A stretch of DNA of 62,951 nt, filler included, from Rhabdomonas costata (Eukaryota): assembly GCA_019059605.1 (NCBI GenBank). It is 55 parts of 55 records of this genome, joined end to end, with 100 filler letters (N's around TTAATTAATTAA, not from the genome) between each part and the next. Parts side by side here need not be neighbours in the genome. Positions count along the whole stretch, not along the records: positions 24,093 to 25,138 come from JAHMHO010031535.1; positions 25,239 to 26,285 come from JAHMHO010031536.1; positions 26,386 to 27,432 come from JAHMHO010031537.1; positions 27,533 to 28,578 come from JAHMHO010031538.1; positions 28,679 to 29,720 come from JAHMHO010031539.1; positions 29,821 to 30,867 come from JAHMHO010031540.1; positions 30,968 to 32,013 come from JAHMHO010031541.1; positions 32,114 to 33,160 come from JAHMHO010031542.1; 47 more parts are not named here. One strand, 5' to 3'. Position 1 is the first letter of the stretch. Every line of letters starts with the position of its first letter. Below, piece after piece: positions 23,993 through 36,556 of the stretch. The notes under the pieces were generated by a model. It did no database searches. It had not been told where the DNA came from and was given only the letters and a program-made list of their open reading frames with translations. A program made the translations under genes and the position numbers.

Positions 23993-26503
23993 NNNNNNNN
24001 NNNNNNNNNNNNNNNNNNNNNNNNNNNNNNNNNNNNTTAATTAATTAANNNNNNNNNNNNNNNNNNNNNNNNNNNNNNNNNNNNNNNNNNNNGTTGGGGT
24101 GTGTGTCAATGCGCAGCATTGTTTCACTGCTATACGTAATATGTGCGGTATTGTGTGGCGCAAAATTGTCGCACTTCTGATATGGCTTCGTTTGTTGTGC
24201 TGTTTTATTGAAGTATGATGGAACGCCCAGTTGAATGTCCAGATAAGCCATTGATGGGTAGAGGTTGCTGAGAATATGCTGGGGAAATTCTGTTTATGGC
24301 CTAAGGTCTGTTGCTGTGCTGGTATGTAGATGAACTATTTGCAATTTATTGTTTCGAAGTGTGAGTTCTATTATTCTTTTTCCATAAGAGCCTTCTCTAT
24401 AAATCACCATGAAAATGTGCATGTAAAATATCAGAAAGTTTGCTGCTTGAAAACCTATAATTGGATTAATTCATATCTTAGTACCGAAGAAAAATGCGCA
24501 CATCTTGATTCCAGATCATGTTTTTTGACCAAACTATATTTCGAAGCCAAGCAGTTGGGCTGAGAAGCATGGGTGTATATTTGGATTCACGAATTTTGAC
24601 ATCGGTAAGGTAAAAAGGCTGTAATAAAATGTCATATTATTATCAAACTGCAACGAGATGCCTCAGATTGCAACGGCAATGTGGTGCAGACGCGTTTTGC
24701 AACTATAGACATCCTGCAAGTAGTTTTGAAAAGACGGAAAATGGGTTTCCTTTGAAAAGAAAAGTTGTCTGAAAAGACGGGGTGACTGAAAGAGGGCAGA
24801 AAGAAGAAATATTGACAGTCGCTTTTGTATCAAGTTGGAATTGTATGCAACTCAATTTCTGCATGCCTTATTCATTCCATTCAACGTGATGAAACTACTT
24901 CAGACAGCACTCCGTGCCACACTGTTGCAAAAATCCTCATTTTGTAAGTGTCAATGAGACGTTTGAATGAAGTCGAGGACTTTCATTGATTGACTTAAAT
25001 CAGTGATACACAGTCGTGCATGTTATCCAAAGATTCAAAAAACACCCAAGAGCGTCCTGCACAGCATTTTTGCGTGTCTTTGAAAAAGGCATTTTCTCGT
25101 GTCTCCAGTGTGATATATATAAACTGATTCAAACATACNNNNNNNNNNNNNNNNNNNNNNNNNNNNNNNNNNNNNNNNNNNNTTAATTAATTAANNNNNN
25201 NNNNNNNNNNNNNNNNNNNNNNNNNNNNNNNNNNNNNNGGGTGTTGTTGCGTGAACATAAATTGTGTTTTTTGCAGATAAGTAGCCTTGTGGTTTCAACT
25301 GATGAGCGATCTATATAAATGTAACAAATAACTCTGTTTTATTGTACGTTACCAACCACGTGACTTTTCGATATAAATACTCTGACTTTTTTCGCAATTA
25401 ATGTTATCACTATTACTAAACTTGTTTGTAACAGTAGTTCAAAACAGTAGTTTCAAGCAATAAAAAATAGACACATTTTTGCGGCAACTAGATAACTTGA
25501 GCTGTAAATTGAAACTTTCAAATTGACCTTGCACTTATTTATAATTTAAAAACTTCTAAAATTGATACCAGACTCTCAATTTCACGTAACTTTTGCTAGA
25601 TTCCTCAGCATCATGAAAATACATTCAAAGCCATATTGGATTGTATAGAGGTCTTTCATCACCGCAACAATTTTTAGTTCAAGAATTTCCGTTGGTTGTA
25701 GGAGTCAATGTGATTCTATAGAAGCTTTTTAACGTGTGAACACGTCAGTATGGCTACGCGGAAAATCGTTAACAAGATCGATACAGCAAGATAAATATAT
25801 ACAATTATGCTTTCTGCAAATTGTCCTGAAACTATAAAACAACCAAAAGCTAATAAGTAGCCTTAAACGGCAATCAAAGCACAACAATACAATCACCACG
25901 TTAACAAAACTATCACACCATTTGCATGTTTTTGTCGCCGCAATCCAGTAAAATTGTAGTTATCGTAATAGCCACACAGCGCCATGCAAACATATAGAAA
26001 AGCTGTTTTATAAAATCCATTACCATCATCATCTTCCAGTGTCATTGCCGTCATTCTTTATCTTCAACCACCTTGCTAATGAGCTGCTGTTAATTTCAAC
26101 ACTGCCTCAATACGTACCATTACATCCGTGTTTTCACTCCTATTGGGGCGTTTTACGTTCTGCTGCTTGCTCTTAAGTCTCCCCACCGACCATGCACCGC
26201 GATTATTCGTAGCTCTGTTGTCTCTTCATCTTCCGTGTTTGTTGCAAAAACGCTCGCTGGAAGAACTACGCAACCTCCAATGCCANNNNNNNNNNNNNNN
26301 NNNNNNNNNNNNNNNNNNNNNNNNNNNNNTTAATTAATTAANNNNNNNNNNNNNNNNNNNNNNNNNNNNNNNNNNNNNNNNNNNNGTTGGTGTTTATCCC
26401 TGGGATTGCGTTTTGACACCTGGTGGAAGCTTACATTCCAGGGAACCACGGAGGCAAATCCAACCAACCAAAACGCAATCCCAGGGATAAACTGCAACTC
26501 TAC

Positions 26504-27403
26504 CTCCACGAGAAGTACCATCGGCGCCGCCACCGTGTTCTCGGTCTCCTCCCCTCCGTCCTCATCTTCGGCTTCGGCCTCACGCTCTTCACCAGCCTCG
26601 GGGTCGGTGCGCACCCGAAGGCACTGCCGAAGCTCCCCAATGTCGATCGGGGACGCCAGCACACCGTCCGCCCCGAAGTTCACGGTGCGGGACACCTCGC
26701 AGATGTGGTTGGGGATCACCACAAAGATCTTGCAAAGACCCTGCTGCTTCCAGCTTCGGATGGAGGTGATGCAGTCGTCGTCCGTGGCCGTCACAAACAC
26801 GAAGTCAGGCGGGAGCCCGGAGAGGGTAGGCCCGCCGCACGACTCCGAGTCTGGGAAAGACCCGCTGTGGATGTGCGCCCCGGCGTACTTCACCAGGGCA
26901 AGGGTGGCCTGGCGCCGAAGCGCGTCCCTGTCCAGCACGAGCACAACTTTTCCCGAGACCAGGCACATGCTGCGAAGGCGCTGGGCTGGAAGGGCACACA
27001 GGAAGTCTTCACAGCAATCCCCTGCCGTGGCTACGTGGATCACTTGCCCACCCATCAGACGCAAAAGGTGAGCTGCGGTGCTGATCAGCAACCCACCCGC
27101 ACTTTCCGCGGACGCTGCCGGTGGAACGATGGCGGCGTTGCTGGAGGTGACATCGCTGACTCGAAGCTGCAGGCTGTCACAGCTGTTGTCCCACTGCAGC
27201 GCAACCAGAACTCGCCCCGGGCTCGGCGCGTGTCGGGCTGCACACACGAGCAGGTTGCTCAGGGCACGCTGGAAGAGTGCCCCCGCAAACTTCACCGTCG
27301 TCGGCACGCTGAAGTCGATGTACAGCAGCAGCTCGATCACATCGCGGGCGAGAAACCGCTCAAAACCACGCAGGATGGAGGGCAGCAGACGCCGGAGATT
27401 CAC
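26504..27403 (-). CDS. Degenerate hybrid histidine kinase exon (pseudo-HATPase, pseudo-receiver, start of a second receiver)
   Basis: LLYIDFSVPTTV...LFQRALSNLLVCAARH..GRVLV (N-box region); LLRLMGGQV; receiver-like VVLVLD..PPDFVF..GADGVLASPIDIGEL; 900-nt exon between TAG and GT. Confidence 0.75.
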
Positions 27404-27880
27404 CTACTTCACCACTACTCGTGGCCCCCCCCNNNNNNNNNNNNNNNNNNNNNNNNNNNNNNNNNNNNNNNNNNNNTTAATTAATTAANNNNNNNNNNNN
27501 NNNNNNNNNNNNNNNNNNNNNNNNNNNNNNNNGCTGGCACGATATTGGAAGTTGGGGAAAAAGGTGAAAACTCCTCGGTCAGTCCTAACGCCACACATCG
27601 CAGCGTCGACAAGCGCAGAAGCAGGTTTGGTAAGACAACCGTCTGACCGTTCGCCCAAAAGCCTGCTACCGCAGTTGGGCAGAGAGAACTTGCAGCTCGG
27701 AAGTTTTGGTGCACGGTCTTGAGCACTTTGGAGCCAAAGAGGCTTCGCTGCACTCGACGCGGACCAAATCTCCAGGCGGGTCTCCGCTTGGACGGGTATT
27801 CATCGAAATGGAAGCACGTCCTCTCTCCAGCACACAGCTATTATCGATCACACAGCGGCAGCAGAGAGGTACAGCTCCCC

Positions 27881-28578
27881 TCAGACTCCTGTGGTGGCCA
27901 CAACAACGGCCACCACGGCAGTGGCGTCGTCCAGCTTCCCTCCTTGGGCAAGGTGCAGGGCCCCAGCCCGCCGAGCGTGCTCTGCGAAGGGGGATTGATA
28001 ATCCAGCTGACTGCCTCGCCTCTGGGCCTCCATGGCCAGGGCTTGGGCAACGGATCGCACCTCAGGGTCGCCGTTAACGAGGGGCTGCGTGGGGCTGACA
28101 AAGAAAGAAGGGAAGAAAACCGTTGCATTCCGTGATCTAAATTACATTCTGCTGTCAGCATGGCCTAAAAGGATCGATAGGCTTCATCGGAATTTCAGAA
28201 ATTCTTCCATGCTCAGGAATAAATCAGAAGTGGAGTTGACTGTAATTGGTAAACGTTGGCAGGGAAGCTTTCAGGTACGCTGGTCTCGCTCACGCATAAT
28301 GGTGAAGGGATGGGGGCCAGCTGGTGTCAGTTGCTTCGGTGTGTATGACCGGAGTCTCGTTCAGCAGCGAAACATGAGATGATGGCTGAGAAAGGTCACG
28401 CACACACACAAACGAATGCGTCCCGCGCAGACGCAAAACTCACTGTACCCTGGGCAAACCTGGCAATTGGGGGTACTGCCGCGGAGAGGCGCCTCGCGAT
28501 GATCTGTACAATGTCTGCGTCGTACAAGTTGTCCGAGACACCATCCGTGAACAGCACTACAACGCCCCCCACCACCAC
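27881..28578 (-). CDS. PP2C-family PTC7-like phosphatase, last two exons (28578-28460 and 28094-27881)
   Basis: VVLFTDGVSDNLYD and SPFAEHARRAG...GGKLDDATAVVAVV*; phase-2 GT-AG intron. Confidence 0.88.
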
Positions 28579-29820
28579 NNNNNNNNNNNNNNNNNNNNNN
28601 NNNNNNNNNNNNNNNNNNNNNNTTAATTAATTAANNNNNNNNNNNNNNNNNNNNNNNNNNNNNNNNNNNNNNNNNNNNGGGAGGCGAGGCTTGGATGGGG
28701 TAGGTCCCTAGGAGCCACCAGCGGCAGGTCTTGGGGGGCCGATGACATGATAAAACAAAAAGGGAGAGGAGGGAGAAGGGAGAAGAAGAGAATGAGTAGA
28801 GGGTAGGCAAACTTGAGCACAGTTCAAAAAACGGGCGATACACAGCCACGCAGAGCTAAATGAAAAGGAAGAAATATAAATGACAAAATAAGAGAAGAAA
28901 GCGCATCTCGCCATAACGGTTATATAACCATGGAAATTCGCCTGCAATTTCATTGCAGACTTTCCTCGCACTGTGAACGCCGGTCCTGTGGCCCAAAGCT
29001 ACCTTAACATGTCTGCAAACCGAATCAGACCCTTCAACCCTTGTGCACGACTTTTGCGTTCCATTTTTGTACAGGTGCTGTGCCCTTCTCGCATTTTGGT
29101 GCGTCGGAAGATCTACCCACGCTGCTTCGGAGTTACTATTCAGTTTGGCGTGTCCACCCTGCCCAGATTCGCCGTCGCTTGTTCGGACAAGTGACTGGCC
29201 GATCTCCTTCTTGGTCAATGGCATTTTGGTTTTTTGCGCAGCAAGGAATTCTGGTGTTTCTCTTTGGGATTGCTTGTGCCAACGCCTGAATCGCTCTGGA
29301 TTGTGGTGAGATGAGAGTTACGTTACGGTGGTGCGTGCTTCAGTACCGGAACTCTGAATCGCGAAAGTCAAGTTGGATGGCAACGCATCTGAGAGTTTCT
29401 GAAGTGTCAGGAAAAACGGGACTCGTGAATCATACAGCTAGCCTTCCCCGAAGCAACAGTTGACGCAGATGGAAAGCTGTCATACCACAGAACCCGAGCC
29501 CCCCAAGGAATAAGCAAGAGTAAGAAACGTGCACAGTCGAAAATTCACGGTCAATATTGATGAAGGCAACAAACAGGGACAGTTCAGACAGACACACACA
29601 CACACACTCCAGCTCTACGGTTCAAACAAAGCATAGATACATCGGCGCGACAAATGCCCCATCCTGAGAGAAGTAGTGCCAGTTTCACAACATGGATGAG
29701 CAAGTTGTTTCCACACCGAANNNNNNNNNNNNNNNNNNNNNNNNNNNNNNNNNNNNNNNNNNNNTTAATTAATTAANNNNNNNNNNNNNNNNNNNNNNNN
29801 NNNNNNNNNNNNNNNNNNNN

Positions 29821-30013
29821 GGGTTTGGGGGGGTTGGATACACACGGGATGCACGCGGTAGCGACAGTGGCGCAAAATAAGGAACTCTCAAAACTCAATG
29901 ATGCAAAATATCCAACAACAGTAATGACAACAAATAATTTTATAAAAAAGAATCTATTAAAAGGTGTAATACCAAGACGTGTAAGAGGTGGAAAATCAAA
30001 AAGTTATAACTGA
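29821..30013 (+). CDS. 3' end of an AT-rich intronless ORF (virus-like contig)
   Basis: Open from the contig start to TGA; basic C-terminus RRVRGGKSK; convergent with the minus-strand ORFs. Confidence 0.45.
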
Positions 30014-30089
30014 TTTTATGATGTTGTGTTTGTGGTCAGAATAAATCATGTTTAAATAGTAATTGATGGTTTGTCATCAATTATTATTT

Positions 30090-30272
30090 TTATACTTCCT
30101 CCAAAAGTGCTATGAGTTCTAGTATTTTATTTTCTATGTCTTCTCTTTTTTCAGTGTTTGTTTCGATCTTGTAATGATATATTTTTGATTGAATTATTTC
30201 ATAGAACAGTTCAGTTATTTTACTTCTTTTCACTAAAACAATGGCATCTGAGTTTGTTGCAAGATGATTCAT
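30090..30272 (-). CDS. Small AT-rich helical hypothetical protein (60 aa)
   Basis: ATG in TATATAAATG context, 12 nt after the upstream ORF stop; AT3-rich codons; no introns. Confidence 0.55.
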   Translation of the reverse strand: MNHLATNSDAIVLVKRSKITELFYEIIQSKIYHYKIETNTEKREDIENKILELIALLEEV

Positions 30273-30284
30273 TTATATAATAGT

Positions 30285-30649
30285 TTAATAAAATAATTTC
30301 TTTCTTATTTCGTCAAGAGTTAATTTTCCATTATACGTTTTTACGAGGTATGAATATAAATCATCTACGTTTAACTTTCTATGTTCCCGACAAAAGGCAA
30401 AATCACCGTCATATTCCGTTTCAACCACTCTATCATCACAACCTACACAAAATAAATTTTTGCACCTCAGCACGTATAGAGATAACCACTACATTTTATA
30501 CACTGAAATTTCATACATTCGTCACAGTATAAAAAATATTTGTGACCGTTATGTTTTGAATATGAATCACATTTCATACATATTGCCTTATCACATACCA
30601 TACAATGTTTTCGAATTGTTGCTTCACAATTTCCGCAATGTTCTATCAT
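30285..30649 (-). pseudogene. Cys-rich multi-CxxC (zinc-binding) ORF split by an apparent 1-nt frameshift near 30470
   Basis: ORFs 30467-30649 and 30285-30473 overlap at ACGTGCTGAGG; adding one base restores YTC-x-RCKNLFCVGC and continues the CxxC series. Confidence 0.5.
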
Positions 30650-33516
30650 TGAGACTATTTCTTATACTCTGGTAATAGAATTTAATCTTATAAATAATTA
30701 TCCAGTATAAAAAAGAAGTTACCCAGTTTCGGCATCCGTTCTCCGGATCCTGGTTTTAGTTTGGTTTGGTATTCTCGTTTTGTGTGTTTGTTTGGTTTGT
30801 CTGATCGCGTTTTTGTTTTTGCGCATCCGGTCTTCATGACGAAAACGCGCCGCGAAACCGAAAGGGANNNNNNNNNNNNNNNNNNNNNNNNNNNNNNNNN
30901 NNNNNNNNNNNTTAATTAATTAANNNNNNNNNNNNNNNNNNNNNNNNNNNNNNNNNNNNNNNNNNNNTTGTTTTTGGTTCCTTCTAACGGCTTTGTGTTG
31001 GGATTGGGAAAGATAGGTTGGTTTAGCTAAATTTTTATCGAATCAGCAAAGTATTGTGTATCAGGGAATCTGGCCCTGATCCAAGCACGCGGTTTGGGAG
31101 ACCGAGCTCACATGGTAGCAGCGGTGCGGTGCGACCTACCTCCTCGGCATTGTGTGAATGTCCTTTTTTGTCTTTCCCACCTACTTTTATTGTCCATTGT
31201 TTCTAAAGAAAAGGGCCTTATATCGAATGTTTTGTTTTATTTATACCGCTTTTTTGCTACCGGCTTCAGGTGGAAGAAAAAAGTTTGAAATGGAATCCCA
31301 CGATCCGCGATAGAAAAATGAGTGCACCACTACTCCACTCCTTGGCCCCATGCAACCACTTCTTCATCTAACAAAACATCCGCGGTTATTTTTAGGGAGC
31401 CAAGGCACCAAGATTACCGTAATTGTGTCAGCCTACCGCATCCACCTGTCAGTGTTTGTATCACTAAGACCACCACCTCTAATGTGTGCATTACCAGTTA
31501 CGGGGCCTACTCCAATCGAGTGGGACGCCTCCGTGAAGTCACGCGATCATGAACTTAGAGCCTGTTTGTTTCTCTTATCTACTGCTATCCAACTAACGTA
31601 GCAACCCCAATGCCTAACGTTGCAGTTGCCAGCAATTCCCTACATTGGGACGAGCGCCATTCAGAGCGCCGCCATGTGGGTCACAACAGGGGCCGTGAAA
31701 TAAGAGATTTGCCATATGTGGAACGCGACAGAATAGAGTCCACCTACAGCGGAAAAGATCGAAATGAGAGGATTTCGCGCCGAGACGCGCGCTCCACTCT
31801 CCAAAAAACGTTTACGAATGAGGCAGTGATCGGGACCGCTATCATGACAGAGACAGAATGGAATCACATCGAGACGGATGGGACCTACGTCAACCCGCCA
31901 TAGACAACAAACCAGGCCACCATATCCCTCCATCCTAGACAACAAATACGTATCACCAAGATCCGCAGGACGACATCCAAGCCACAGTGTGCTACCCACA
32001 CATGATCGTACCTNNNNNNNNNNNNNNNNNNNNNNNNNNNNNNNNNNNNNNNNNNNNTTAATTAATTAANNNNNNNNNNNNNNNNNNNNNNNNNNNNNNN
32101 NNNNNNNNNNNNNGGTTGCGTGTTGGTTTGAGTTTTGGAATAATCGTGTGCCTGGTGTCCGGGTTGATGATAAATGACATTATGTGTGCTGTGGGAACTT
32201 TGGTTGCTTGTGGGAACTTTGGTGCTTTGCTGATAGATGTGTGCCGAGAGTAGGTCTTCTAAGGCTGTGTATGGGTCTGTGCTTTATAGATATCTGTCCG
32301 ACTTCGGTGTGATCATTGATGTTCCCAGCATACTTGGTTTATTGGGCATAACTCCTATTAAAAGGAGTGTAAAGCCCAGCATCTAGAAATGCCTTAAGTG
32401 GACACATGACTATGAGACATGCCCTGAACAAGTAGAAATCCGACAGAGACAAGGACATGCAGGAGCTGTGACTCTTACAACTCAAATTCTAATCACTGAC
32501 ACCTATTGTGAAAATGGAGGTGAGCTGGATGTCAACTACACAACGTGGCTATGTCTACACCATCATGAGTTATGGTGATGATGTCAATGACGACACTGTG
32601 AGCTAAAATGTGGAACGCAACAGCTTATAAACGAAAAACCAGTTTAGTCTGCACATCACATCATGAGTGACTGTATTTGTTGTGTAATCATATGGGAAGT
32701 CGTGATCACTTACCGCAATGCTACTAAACAACCTACAAACATAATTTATCCATGACAGAACAACAATATTGTGTGTACGTGGCGTTGCATCTTGTGCTAA
32801 CCAGTGACATTACTGCGAGACACACTACTGTACTCACACACACTCAAACTACCACAGTAGTTAACGGTCGACCACTACCACTAGTAGGAGTGACGCTCAG
32901 CATTTTAGCTACAGGTCACATCGGTGCAGGTAGTGTGTGTTTCAACCGCAGTGGTGGTTGTTGAAACCGCAACCACCACATCACTGTAAGCGTTAGAACA
33001 ACTGCAACCACCACTATTCATACTCAACTGGTAACGATACAATACTCCAAACGATGGGCCAACTCTCTTTACGTGATGCTGCAAAGGTAATGTCTGCAAA
33101 CCATTAGCGTGTACTAGCACCACAACAACAGCTACAAGGCAGCTACGTTTGACACCACCANNNNNNNNNNNNNNNNNNNNNNNNNNNNNNNNNNNNNNNN
33201 NNNNTTAATTAATTAANNNNNNNNNNNNNNNNNNNNNNNNNNNNNNNNNNNNNNNNNNNNGTTGTTGGGTACTCGACCCCCCCCCCACGGTGAACCAGTT
33301 TTGGTTCGTGAACCAATATCTATTCTATTTGATTTGGTTTTGTGCATTCGTTCATTCAATGGCATGAAGCATACAGTAGAGGGCCCGGGCCGTTGCTGTA
33401 TTGTGGGCGAAAACTCCGGAGCTCATGGATCATATCCGAAGATATTGCCCGCGCCCCTTTCAGGACCTCTGGATGTCGCTGTTTTTTTGTTTTCTTCATT
33501 CTTTCATTGGGCCCAC

Positions 33517-33695
33517 CCTTCCCCAATGGCGAGGCGGACCTCCTTCACTGCGAGCATCTCCCCGGTTCGCTGGTTGAGCCCCAGGAAGACCGTGCCGAAG
33601 GCCCCCTTGCCCAGCACACGCCCGCGCCGCCACAGAAGCCGCTCCCGCGGGCGGCCGTCCACGGGGCTGAGCGGAGTCCGAGGATCCCCGCCGCA
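33517..33695 (-). CDS. STE11/NPK1-type MAP3K, exon with kinase subdomains I-II
   Basis: WRRGRVLGKGAFGTVFLGLNQRTGEMLAVKEV; CAG acceptor and GT donor. Confidence 0.9.
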
Positions 33696-34429
33696 CTGTT
33701 TTGGTTTTTTGTGCCGTGTTGCGAAGGACCGGATAACAAAAAAGTATGGGAACAACCAAACTCTGTCAGCGGAAAGATATCACTATCTCACGAATTCATG
33801 CGCAATGAGCCGTCAAGTGAGAGTGAGACGCAAAAAATTACAGCTAATATCTACCGCACAATTGTAAAGCATCCGTAGAGCCCAGAAAAAAAATAAAAAT
33901 TCGCGGATTTACCAGAGCAATAAAAAATTCATGCTGACGTGACTTACAGCGAGATTTTTTTTACTATTCCATTGTGAGTGGGTGGCAGGTTTATGGTGGC
34001 ACGGGCAACATAACCTTTCTTTAAAATTCTTTTAAATCCCATTATTAAAAAAGACTCCTCGCTCCCGTGACTACCCAGCAATCACACATCCCTCCGTGGT
34101 CGACGGCTCAACCACTGATCGAGAGGCTGGGAACCAGTGGAAACGAGTCGTTAAATATCTTTTCAGTAGAATTAGTTGCAGAAAACACCTGTCATGGAAT
34201 GCATATTTTGCGGAGGTGGAGGGCAGATGCACGCACGGTGCAGATATGAGGGCACAAACGCACCTCAAAACCGCACCGTGCGTGCATCTGCCCTCAACCA
34301 CCACNNNNNNNNNNNNNNNNNNNNNNNNNNNNNNNNNNNNNNNNNNNNTTAATTAATTAANNNNNNNNNNNNNNNNNNNNNNNNNNNNNNNNNNNNNNNN
34401 NNNNGGGTGGTGGTTATTTTATTTATTTT

Positions 34430-35395
34430 GATAAATAAACACCTTACTGATCTTATACTTATAATCTATAAAATCTGAAAGTAGATCTTGAAAGGAAAAA
34501 TAAATAATTTGTCTTTGATATGGATTATATTCTTTAAAAATTTGGAATTCCAAAATTGCGTCTAAATATTCCAAAATTCCAAAATTTGCAGAATTTTGTC
34601 AATCTCATGAAACTATGACAAAAAAATTTTAAAATTTTTCAAACATTTTTGGATTCTTTACAAGTTTCTACACAGGTTTTGTCGATTTTATTTTTAGGAC
34701 CATTTTATAAAAATTTAAATAATTATTAAGATTATTTTTGGACTTGATCAAGAAATTATGTAAAAATATAAGGAAATATTCCAAATTTGCAGAATTTTAG
34801 GAAATTATGCAAATTTTTATTTTTTATTTGATCATGTACTTATTTATGTCTTGGAATATTTTACTTGTTTTAGTAGATAAACACCTTGAAGATCTTGTTA
34901 TTTAATCCTTTAAAATCTGAAAGTAGGTCTTAAAAGGTAAAATAAATATTTTGTCCTTGATATGGATTATATTCTTTAAAAATTTGGAATTCCAAATTTG
35001 CGTCTAAATATTCCAAAATTCCAAAATTTGCAGAATTTTGTCAATCTCATGAAACTGTGACAAAAAAAATTTTAAAATTTTTCAAACATTTTTGGATTCT
35101 TTACAAGTTTCTACACAGGTTTTGTAGATTTTATTTTTAAGATCATTTTTCAAATATTTAAATAATTATTAAGATTATTTTTTGATCTTGATAAAAAAAT
35201 TCTGCAAAAATATAAGGAAATATTCCAAATTTGCATAATTTCTAAAAATTCTGCAAATTTTTACTTTTTATTTGATCATGATCTTAAACATGTCGTTGAT
35301 TATTTTATTTGTTTTGTTACATAAACACCTGAATGATCTTGTACTTTTATAATGTAAAATCTGAAAATAGATCTTGAAAGGTAAAAGAAATATTT
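34430..35395. repeat. AT-rich tandem repeat, unit about 442 bp, just over 2 diverged copies
   Basis: GATATGGATTATATTCTTTAAAAATTTGGAATTCC at 34517 and 34959; TAAACACCT at about 34437, 34878 and 35322; no ORF of 60 aa or more. Confidence 0.9.
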
Positions 35396-36499
35396 TCAGA
35401 TTTTACATTATAAAAGTACAAGATCATTCAGGTGTTTATGCAACAAAACCCNNNNNNNNNNNNNNNNNNNNNNNNNNNNNNNNNNNNNNNNNNNNTTAAT
35501 TAATTAANNNNNNNNNNNNNNNNNNNNNNNNNNNNNNNNNNNNNNNNNNNNGTGGGGTGGGAAAAGCTTTGAATTGCAAGCCATAATGTAAAACGACTAG
35601 TAGTGTGAATTTCGATGAATTCCGAAGGATTCCGATGAATATTTAGTTGCGGTCGAATTGCGGAGAATTTTGACGAAGATCACTTCAATTTGAAGCAGAA
35701 GAAATTCTATTTTGATCTAGTAAACTAAATGATCTTTTGGAGTGTTTGTGGCTTTTTTGCAAGACGTGTTAGAATAGGAATTTTGAAGTTTTGCAAAGTA
35801 ATGGAATGAAGTTCAGTGCGTATTAAAAGCTCTTTTTTGCATTTGTTTGGTGTTTTGGTTGTAGGGGTTGAGTCAGTAGATGTTTTGAGAATGTTTGGGT
35901 GATGTAACGTTGTGTATTAAGACGTGCTGTGTTTAAATGGACTTGCCTTTTTTCGTGGACTTTGACTGTTGCTGTGCTCATCTTGCTTCTGTGTACAAGT
36001 CTGAAATATATGAAAACTGTGAAAAGCCAAATGAAACAATAACACCCTGTAAAGTGCGCCCGTTCTGCAAAATACTCACCACCATCCCATCTATTTGTCA
36101 TATCTCCAGAGGAAGCCGAGGAACTCTCCAATAGAGATCGCCAGCAGATCTCTAGCCTAGCAGAGCCAAAGACGCCATGACTAAGGAGGTCATTGAACTC
36201 AACCAATAGTTTGCGAATCTCGCTCCATACATGCAGCCCGCAGGTCTGCACCCTTCCAGGCCTCCCGATCAAGACTTCCCCACCTGGCCAATCATTTTGT
36301 CAATCCGCCAATCGGTTGGGGGTACGCGTCTACTGTAGTTATTGCGTTCAAAGGTCGGTATTCAACACAAAGTATAAGTTTTCCGTTAGATTTGTGTGTA
36401 AAACGTATGCCTGCTCCGTAAGGAGACACGGTATGTTCAATGAATCCAAGATCAGTTAGTTCCTTCAGCTGTTGCGCAACTCCTGATCTTCAAGGGGGG

Positions 36500-36556
36500 G
36501 ATCGCACCTTTCAATACTGTGGCCATGTTGAACACTTCATCCGAGAATGTCCCCGG
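36500..36556 (+). pseudogene. Degenerate CCHC zinc knuckle (gag-like or CNBP-like remnant)
   Basis: RTFQYCGHVEHFIRECP versus CxxCGxxGHxxRECP; first Cys codon reads TTT. Confidence 0.4.

Noticed and set aside
25298-25385. Box C (TGATGA) and box D (CTGA) at snoRNA-like spacing
   Set aside because: No terminal stem and no recognisable rRNA-antisense guide.
24093-26285. Moderately AT-rich contigs with no call (also 30968-33160, 36699-37745, 43578-44623, 56290-57221)
   Set aside because: No intact ORF, motif or repeat recognised; may be intergenic, decayed elements or foreign DNA.
26406-27488. Long plus-strand ORFs opposite the kinase-like exon, and most other listed ORFs
   Set aside because: Antisense shadows of GC3-rich exons, microsatellite translations or N-run read-throughs.
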